Source: a virus. Taken from it: DNA of 64,000 bases. Position numbers and translations under genes: made by a program. Where the stretch lies: IMG/VR virus record IMGVR_UViG_3300045988_007161, positions 29,437 through 93,436 of that record. One strand, 5' to 3'. Below, piece after piece: positions 57,076-62,613 of the stretch; the stretch's first letter is position 1, and every line of letters begins with the position of its first letter. The notes below the pieces were generated by a model. The model saw nothing but the letters and a program-made list of their open reading frames with translations. It did not search any database and was not told the origin of the DNA.

Positions 57076-57160
57076 CGGAGAGATGAGGTCCCGACCCCCA
57101 AGCATTTTACTGCTCAATCTGTTTTCAAGACAGTTCCCAGTCCCACTGAGTTACCTCTCC
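57076..57160 (-). tRNA. tRNA-Ser(UGA), class II with an atypical D-arm (5-bp stem, 5-nt loop) and non-canonical T-loop GUCGGGA
   Basis: GGAGAGG...CUCAG-UGGGA-CUGGG...CUGU-CUUGAAA-ACAG...UGGGG-GUCGGGA-CCUCA-UCUCUCC-G. Confidence 0.7.
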
Positions 57161-57214
57161 ATTTGCCTACCTACCTCTGTAGGATAGGACTTTAGTAGAT
57201 TAAAAGTGGATTAG

Positions 57215-57287
57215 CAGGATGTGGGAGAATTGAACTCCAATCTCCTGATTGACAGTCAGGCACATTAACCACTATGCTACACACCCT
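57215..57287 (-). tRNA. tRNA-Asp(GUC); best fold has an 8-bp acceptor and 4-bp T-stem
   Basis: AGGGUGUG/CACAUCCU, G73, anticodon loop CUGUCAA, T-arm GGAG-UUCAAUU-CUCC. Confidence 0.75.
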
Positions 57288-57293
57288 AAGTTG

Positions 57294-57365
57294 TAGAGCT
57301 ATTGGGAATTGAACCCAAATTTCTGCCTTGAGAGGGCAGTTACCTAACCATTAGTAGATAGCTCC
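57294..57365 (-). tRNA. tRNA-Glu(CUC)
   Basis: Acceptor GGAGCUA/UAGCUCU, anticodon loop CUCUCAA. Confidence 0.85.
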
Positions 57366-57374
57366 ATTTATTTG

Positions 57375-57448
57375 TATTGGGTATGGGACTTGAACCCATA
57401 ATCTCCACATTGAAAGTGTGGTGACTTAACCACTTCATCTAACCCAAC
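57375..57448 (-). tRNA. tRNA-Glu(UUC)
   Basis: Acceptor GUUGGGU/ACCCAAU, anticodon loop CUUUCAA. Confidence 0.85.
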
Positions 57449-57454
57449 ATTTAG

Positions 57455-57526
57455 TACCCTCTATAGGAATCGAACCTATATTCTAAGTTTAGAAGACTCA
57501 TGTACTATCCATTGTACTAAGAGGGC
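57455..57526 (-). tRNA. tRNA-Arg(UCU)
   Basis: Acceptor GCCCUCU/AGAGGGU, anticodon loop CUUCUAA. Confidence 0.85.
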
Positions 57527-57544
57527 ATCTTCTCTATTACTTTG

Positions 57545-57617
57545 TTACCCCAATAAGACTCGAACTTATGTTACAGGAGCCAAAATCCCGTGTAATAACC
57601 AACTATACTATGGGGCA
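57545..57617 (-). tRNA. tRNA-Gln(UUG), first gene of the array
   Basis: Acceptor UGCCCCA/UGGGGUA, anticodon loop UUUUGGC. Confidence 0.85.
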
Positions 57618-57618
57618 A

Positions 57619-57666
57619 TAAAAAAGGAATGTTACCTTAAAACAACTGGTTAAAGTAACATTCCTT
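57619..57666 (-). promoter_or_regulatory. 12-bp perfect leader hairpin plus U-run between the array promoter and the first tRNA (terminator/attenuator-like or processing element)
   Basis: aaggaatgttac (57624-57635) pairs with gtaacattcctt (57655-57666). Minus strand continues TTTTAT, then tRNA-Gln begins. Confidence 0.55.
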
Positions 57667-57705
57667 ATATGGAAATTTCCTAAAACCAATTTTCCTTAAT
57701 TGCAC

Positions 57706-57738
57706 TGCAAAGGTAAGCAAAATATTTGAATTGTGCAA
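57706..57738 (-). promoter_or_regulatory. Bacteroidota-type promoter (TTG-N20-TACCTTTGCA) driving the tRNA array
   Basis: Minus-strand TACCTTTGCA at 57706-57715 and TTG at 57736-57738. Confidence 0.6.
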
Positions 57739-57828
57739 ACTTTTCTCCAATTATTTTCAATTCAAGTATCATTTTCTTGTCTTGAAGGAGTAAAGTTAGG
57801 CTTGATTTTAGGTCTTATCTATATTCTT

Positions 57829-58239
57829 TCAAGTAATTCCTACTAACTTGTTAGCCCAAGATTCAGTATAAAAACTGTAGTAGTTCCATTTAATTCCTAT
57901 CTTACTACATAGGTAATGTAGTATGTTATGTAGTAGTGATGGGATTCCTATTACTATCAAATATAGTGGACCTAATATGTCAGATTGCTTACTATGACCA
58001 CATTCATGTTGAATGGACTTTTGTGATGACATAGGATTCACAAAGAGATAATCTCCTAAAGACATGGCTGAAGGTAGAGTACTATTCACTATAATAGTGT
58101 TACCATCTGCCTTACCTTCTCTATATGCAGCTTGGCACAATATACCCTCTATACATACTATACATAGAGCAAGCATATTCTGTGGAAACTGCCATAACCA
58201 TTTAATAGAATCCTTAATGTAATTACCTATCTTCTTCAT
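57829..58239 (-). CDS. small membrane protein with HExxH motif (136 aa)
   Basis: SIQHECGHSKQS flanked by hydrophobic segments (NMLALCIVCIEGILC; LYLIVIGIPSLL). Confidence 0.45.
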   Translation of the reverse strand: MKKIGNYIKDSIKWLWQFPQNMLALCIVCIEGILCQAAYREGKADGNTIIVNSTLPSAMSLGDYLFVNPMSSQKSIQHECGHSKQSDILGPLYLIVIGIPSLLHNILHYLCSKIGIKWNYYSFYTESWANKLVGIT

Positions 58240-58437
58240 TCTTGTATATAGTAATATCCCTGAAGCTTTGTTATGGCTTCATAAGAGTTATTTCTAATCT
58301 CCTTTTAACTACTAACTTCATTAGACCCGTTCTTGATTATACCCCTATAGCATGATTCCCTGTGCATTTTCTCAGGTGGATGTGCTCATGCAATCTAATT
58401 TATATAGTAGCAATTTTTAGTAGTATTGGGGACAACC

Positions 58438-58853
58438 TCAAGAGCTATGTTTATCTATATATGAAATCATTTCCTTCAAAATATCAATACTATCATTGAC
58501 ATTTCCAAGTGCTGCATTACACTTGTGACATAATAAAGCTCTTACTTTACCAGTTCTATGGTCATGGTCTACAGCAAGACTTCTTTGTTCATTACTTTGA
58601 TGTGTACCACATATAGCACAGCACCCTTCTTGCTGTTGGAACATCCTGTTGTATTCTTCTAAAGATATTCCATATTTGTTCCTAAGTCTTGAGTCCTTAG
58701 CATAATTAGAACCCTTAGACTTCTTAAATTTTACTGCTCTTTTAGAGGAACATTCTTTACAGTAACTTTATGACCACTTGATTTTATTCTATCAGTATAG
58801 AACTCAGTAATTGGCTTTACTTCTCCACAATCAACACATTTAATATATTCCAT
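58438..58853 (-). pseudogene. endonuclease VII-type HNH gene with a single frame break
   Basis: MEYIKCVDCGEVKPITEFYTDRIKSSGHK (from 58853), frame break at the A3 run 58767-58769, then SYCKECSSKRAVKFKKSKGSNYAKDSRLRNKYGISLEEYNRMFQQQEGCCAICG...DHDHRTGKVRALLCHKCNAALG. The ORF track shows only the last 68 aa. Confidence 0.7.
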
Positions 58854-58945
58854 ACATAGAGGTGCCCTTTACTAACCCAACTTCTGACCCATTACTTTTT
58901 AACCTCATGGGTGAAAGGTTAATCCGCCATTAACCTCTACTGGGA

Positions 58946-58978
58946 TGCAAAGGTAGATAAAAGTTTTGATATATGCAA
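58946..58978 (-). promoter_or_regulatory. Bacteroidota-type promoter (TTG-N20-TACCTTTGCA)
   Basis: Minus-strand TACCTTTGCA at 58946-58955 and TTG at 58976-58978. Confidence 0.6.
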
Positions 58979-59046
58979 ATATATAAATGAAAAATTTATA
59001 GGAAAAATAATTTTCTCTTTTTTTTTTACTGCCTTTCCCACCTTTC

Positions 59047-59073
59047 TAATTAGTATAGGGGTGATTTTGACCC
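59047..59073 (+). repeat. 27-nt motif TAATTAGTATAGGGGTgaTTTTGACCC; inverted partner at 12576-12602
   Basis: 25 of 27 positions identical to the reverse complement of 12576-12602. Followed by a C9 run. Confidence 0.7.
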
Positions 59074-59096
59074 CCCCCCTATCCCCTATCCACTTT

Positions 59097-59136
59097 CTAA
59101 TTTTTTTTTCTAATTTTTTTTTCTAATTTTTTTTTT
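59097..59136 (+). repeat. three tandem units CTAA-T9/T9/T10
   Basis: ctaattttttttt ctaattttttttt ctaatttttttttt in the divergent intergenic region. Confidence 0.8.
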
Positions 59137-59256
59137 CTGTGATATTTTTATGAGTGGTGGTTACACCAACCACACCCTCCCCATCACTTAGCCCAAGGGG
59201 GTCCTACCCCCGTAGCTAAAACAATTTCATTATTAACAAATTAACATTTTACCATT

Positions 59257-59517
59257 ATGGAAAAGAATCTTATTTTCAATGACACTCTGACAGTAGAGCA
59301 GTTCAAGGCACAAATGAATGTATCACGCATTGATGTGAAGAAGAATCCTAAGACAGGCAGGCTGTTCTTTGCCTATGGTGCAGAGACAGGTGCAGTTGCA
59401 GTCAAAGGCATTCCACAGCATCCTATGCTGAGCAATGTCACTAGCTCTGATGGTTCTAACTTCTGGCTTCTGCATGAGGAAGGTCATGGAGGTGCACCTG
59501 TACTGGCAAGCTTCTAA
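59257..59517 (+). CDS. hypothetical protein (86 aa), compositionally atypical (GC-richer, CTG-rich codons)
   Basis: First gene of the plus-strand block. Followed by a clean terminator. Confidence 0.55.
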   Translation: MEKNLIFNDTLTVEQFKAQMNVSRIDVKKNPKTGRLFFAYGAETGAVAVKGIPQHPMLSNVTSSDGSNFWLLHEEGHGGAPVLASF

Positions 59518-59523
59518 GGGATT

Positions 59524-59550
59524 GCAGGCTTTATGCCTGCTTTCCTTTTT
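59524..59550 (+). terminator. rho-independent terminator
   Basis: gcaggc-tttat-gcctgc followed by tttccttttt. Confidence 0.7.
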
Positions 59551-60332
59551 ATTTCCTCTAAGCATTAATAGGGTTTAATCCTTTGAACATTAATAGTATT
59601 TATGTGTAAAAGTTATATGAGTAAGCATTAGTATGCTCTTAGTATAACTCCAAGATATGTTACACATTATATTATATGTAATAGGATTTAACCCTGTTAG
59701 TGTATAGAGTGAGATAAGATGTGCTCTATTTACATCTCTTCCTGACAAGAGGATTAGAGAGGTAAGTAGAGTATTTAGAAGTTCAGTTCATTGAGTAAGT
59801 AGGATAGGATAATAGAGTGTGGAATACACTTTATGTCCTATCTTTCTTGTTTTGTATTGAATATAACTTGTTGATTTACTGAGAGTTAATAGGATAGACT
59901 GACATATTGCCCCCTCCCACAATTATCACCTCATTAAAACCAACAATTAGTAGAACAATCATCCAATAATGTATGACTGTTTTTACTGTTACAGTTTATA
60001 TGCAAAACCACACTCTAACAAGAAAACAATCAAACAAACACATATTAATTGTTGTTAAATGTCTTCAATTGAGTACCAATAATATTGGGAGTGCTACTGA
60101 AATTGGGTGCAGATGTAAAGAATAGAACACTACTACAGGACTGTGGTGAGGGTTACAATATCATTGATATTAATACTCAATAGACTTAGTGAGGATAGCA
60201 AGAACAGAATCAACATAAAATTGCACAGAGAGTAAGAAGGTTTTGAAACTAAATATATTAGGTCAGAATTAAGGCATATCAAAGACAGCAACTAATATTA
60301 TATGATTTTAGGAATTAGGAAGTATTAGTACA

Positions 60333-60572
60333 ATGGCAGTACATAACTCAATTGCAGTTATAAGGAAACATACATATCATCGAGAAAACTGTGATTGTTT
60401 CATAAGAGAAGTCATAGTAGATGTCTATGGAAGGAGAGTAATTCTTAGTGGACAACATGCCTTTGAATATAGTATAACTGTTATATCAATTACTGGTAGA
60501 ATAGCTGCTACTAACTTCAAGAATGGCAAAGAAGCAAGAAAAGAGTTCTACAAATATAAAAGAAAGAAGTGA
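60333..60572 (+). CDS. hypothetical protein (79 aa)
   Basis: ORF track. Confidence 0.4.
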   Translation: MAVHNSIAVIRKHTYHRENCDCFIREVIVDVYGRRVILSGQHAFEYSITVISITGRIAATNFKNGKEARKEFYKYKRKK

Positions 60573-60660
60573 TGGATTTATTCATATACTTATTAGTAGG
60601 CTTACCATTAAGCCTACTCTTTCTTTATATCATATTTGATATATTAAACAGGGGATAGAT

Positions 60661-60783
60661 ATGAAAAAAAAATACTCAATTTACGACTCTTATGGCTATT
60701 TGATAAGAGGGAATTTTAACTCTTACAGGGCAGCTTATACATTCAAAATAGTAATGAACAGATTAGATTGGACAATAAAATGA
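60661..60783 (+). CDS. possible 40-aa ORF, stop overlapping the next start (ATGA)
   Basis: MKKKYSIYDSYGYLIRGNFNSYRAAYTFKIVMNRLDWTIK*. Confidence 0.25.
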   Translation: MKKKYSIYDSYGYLIRGNFNSYRAAYTFKIVMNRLDWTIK

Positions 60784-61019
60784 AAAGACTCAAGATTATA
60801 CTTAAAGGAGTGTTATTATGGATAACAACCTTTGCAGTTATACTCTTCATGTCAGGAGTAGACAGCATTTATGACAATGGATATTTTATACATTCAATTA
60901 CTGTGTGTGTAGTATTATGTTATGCTTGCTACAAGCTAATATCTGAAGAAGAATTGGAAATATTGACTTTCTATAAATGGTTTAACAAAATAACAGGAGA
61001 AGAATCATGCGAACAATAA
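60780..61019 (+). CDS. small membrane protein (79 aa from ATG at 60780)
   Basis: MKRLKIILKGVLLWITTFAVILFMSG...VCVVLCYACYKLI. The track start at 60768 is TTG. Confidence 0.45.
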   Translation: MKRLKIILKGVLLWITTFAVILFMSGVDSIYDNGYFIHSITVCVVLCYACYKLISEEELEILTFYKWFNKITGEESCEQ

Positions 61020-61233
61020 TTGTAATTTTCACAGAAAGGAAGCTATCTCTCAATGAGATGGTTCCTTACAAGAGATATAAGTTCTTGTGCAACCAGGTAT
61101 TGTGTATTTCAAGAACCAAGAAGATGCAATCAAAGCAGTCAAGATTTTGGGTAAAAGAGTAAAGAGTCTATTTGACTAATAGAATTAAATTCATAACAAA
61201 TACTGCTGGTCTGTGAAGATAGGCAGTATAAAT

Positions 61234-61306
61234 GCTCCCATAGCTCAGTGGATAGAGCAATAGTTTCCTAAACTATAGGTCATAGGTTCAAATCCTATTG
61301 GGGGTA
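61234..61306 (+). tRNA. tRNA-Arg(CCU)
   Basis: GCUCCCA-UA-GCUC-AGUGGAUA-GAGC-A-AUAGU-UUCCUAA-ACUAU-AGGUC-AUAGG-UUCAAAU-CCUAU-UGGGGGU-A. Confidence 0.85.
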
Positions 61307-61424
61307 CAAGGTTTTGTAACTCATATAAGGTAATTTGATTGTTTTTAGGTAAAGGATTTTTAGTTCGGGTGACATATTGTCACTACAGGTCAGAGGTTCG
61401 TGAGAATATCTGACCTTTTGTGAT

Positions 61425-61512
61425 GTCTCCATAGCTCAATTGGATAGAGCAACAAGTTAGAAGTAACATGGCTCCTTAGCTTAATGGATAAAGCAACTGC
61501 CTTCTAAGTGGA
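61425..61512 (+). other. two consecutive tRNA 5'-part-like segments (acceptor strand plus D-arm) with no matching T-arm or 3' acceptor strand
   Basis: GUCUCCA-UA-GCUC-AAUUGGAUA-GAGC... then GGCUCCU-UA-GCUU-AAUGGAUA-AAGC-A-ACUGC-CUUCUAA-GUGGA. UUAGAAG (61456-61462) is complementary to CUUCUAA (61501-61507). Confidence 0.4.
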
Positions 61513-61620
61513 ACCTGAAGAGAAGCAAAATGTGATGCTGGTAGGTAAGCTACTGTTTCTTGTTTTAGTTTGTACTTTGTTCTTAGAAAAGAAGCAAAGC
61601 AATTGGGGGAATCACATTGG

Positions 61621-61704
61621 GAATGTATAGCTTAATGGTAAAGCAGCGTAGTACCACTTCAAAACAATGAGAGCAAGATGTAGGTTCAACTCCTACTGCA
61701 TTCC
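61621..61704 (+). ncRNA. tRNA-like RNA with good acceptor, D- and T-arms but no foldable anticodon stem (34-nt central region containing CUUCAAA)
   Basis: GAAUGUA-UA-GCUU-AAUGGUA-AAGC-A-[GCGUAGUACCACUUCAAAACAAUGAGAGCAAGAU]-GUAGG-UUCAACU-CCUAC-UGCAUUC-C. Confidence 0.45.
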
Positions 61705-61787
61705 TATCTCAATAGTAGTTAAAATGCGCAGCCAGCATTGTATCTATGTATCTAACTGGTCATAGGTACATGCTGGTACTACTTCAT

Positions 61788-62172
61788 GGGGCATGATTGG
61801 TTTTGATTACTGATTATTTGGTAAGAGAACATGCAAAGACTGATGGAAAGACATCAAAACAATAACTGGCAATACTTCTTATAGAGTTGCTGCCTAAATA
61901 GGCTGAGTAGCACTTACTTGGAAACAGAAAGGTGCAAAATAAGAGGTTATGTTACAGACTGAGGATTCAGTAGTAGAAATACTTGCGCATATTAAATTAG
62001 CTTAAAGTGGCTATGCCTTTAAAAAGATTTCCCTGTTAGATTAAATAGGGTGGTGGAACTATTGTCATCCAGACAATCCCAGTGGGTAACTGACCACATT
62101 AAAAAGTAGTAAGCATGTGTAATTCTTTTATTAAAGGTTGGTAAGACAGGGGTTCGAGTCCCCTATGCTCCA
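61788..62172 (+). ncRNA. ssrA: tmRNA (one-piece, 385 nt) encoding tag GNTSYRVAA
   Basis: 5' GGGGCAUGAUUGGUUUUGA... 3' ...AGGGG-UUCGAGU-CCCCU-AUGCUCC-A. 7-bp acceptor with G3-U70 and A73. Tag frame GGC AAU ACU UCU UAU AGA GUU GCU GCC UAA at 61868-61897. Confidence 0.85.
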
Positions 62173-62202
62173 CAAAACAATCTTAGTATTAACTAAAAAA
62201 GT

Positions 62203-62598
62203 ATGTTTTATGTATTAATGTTTGAGTTCATGCTATTGGGAGTAATAGGTGGACTATTAGGCATATTCTATAGGAATTGCCTGAAGGTTGAGGATATGAT
62301 ATTCTATCCTCTGTACAGTAAAGTGTTTGTACCTATGGTTAAGAGTAGCAATAGGTTCTTACATTTTATAGCATACCCATTGGGATTCTGCATCTATTGT
62401 AGTACCTTTTGGATAACCATGCTCATTCTTATACTCTTCTTGACAAGCTGGGATTCACTTCCTAAGTGGCAGGATATTGTAATAGGAATTATAGCAGCAG
62501 AAGGTGTAGCTCACCTGATAGTGTGTATAAGTTGCAGATTCTTAATACACAAACATCCTGACTTAGATAAGGATTACTTAAAACATTTACATGAATAA
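62203..62598 (+). CDS. multi-pass membrane protein (131 aa)
   Basis: Four hydrophobic helices. Starts 31 nt after the tmRNA. Confidence 0.5.
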   Translation: MFYVLMFEFMLLGVIGGLLGIFYRNCLKVEDMIFYPLYSKVFVPMVKSSNRFLHFIAYPLGFCIYCSTFWITMLILILFLTSWDSLPKWQDIVIGIIAAEGVAHLIVCISCRFLIHKHPDLDKDYLKHLHE

Positions 62599-62613
62599 CT
62601 AAAACAGTAAGAT

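Noticed and set aside
56951-57160. Selenocysteine tRNA (6-bp D-stem with 4-nt loop)
   Set aside because: The anticodons are GCU and UGA (ordinary Ser). The acceptor/T geometry is 7/4-5 rather than 8/5. No in-frame TGA-containing genes or sel genes are visible.
58340-58360. Third partial copy of the 27-nt repeat (shares TATAGGGGTAT on the minus strand)
   Set aside because: Only an 11-nt match. This could arise by chance in 128 kb of two-strand sequence, and the flanks do not align.
12652-58853. Stop-codon reassignment (TAG or TGA recoding), as known in some crAss-like lineages
   Set aside because: All late genes, including ORFs of 1351-2451 aa, are uninterrupted in the standard code. None of the 30 foldable tRNAs has a CUA, UCA or UUA anticodon. 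The only UCA-like loop (61621-61704) lacks an anticodon stem.
59097-59136. CRISPR-like array (regular CTAA-T9/10 repeats)
   Set aside because: The units are 13-14 nt with no unique spacers, and there are only three copies. This is a T-tract microsatellite, not a CRISPR.
61007-61170. Possible frame-split small gene (MRTIIVIFTERKLSLNEMVPYKRYKFLCNQ... versus ...GIVYFKNQEDAIKAVKILGKRVKSLFD*)
   Set aside because: Both pieces are very short, no homopolymer or slippery site marks the junction, and a GTG start for the second piece is equally possible. The evidence is too weak to call.
61307-61787. Group I intron-interrupted tRNA, or attP/integration scar
   Set aside because: The intervals between the tRNA-like pieces (about 100-200 nt) are too short and lack recognisable P3-P7-type pairings. 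The exon halves do not have complementary acceptor strands. No integrase or other lysogeny gene is present in the window.
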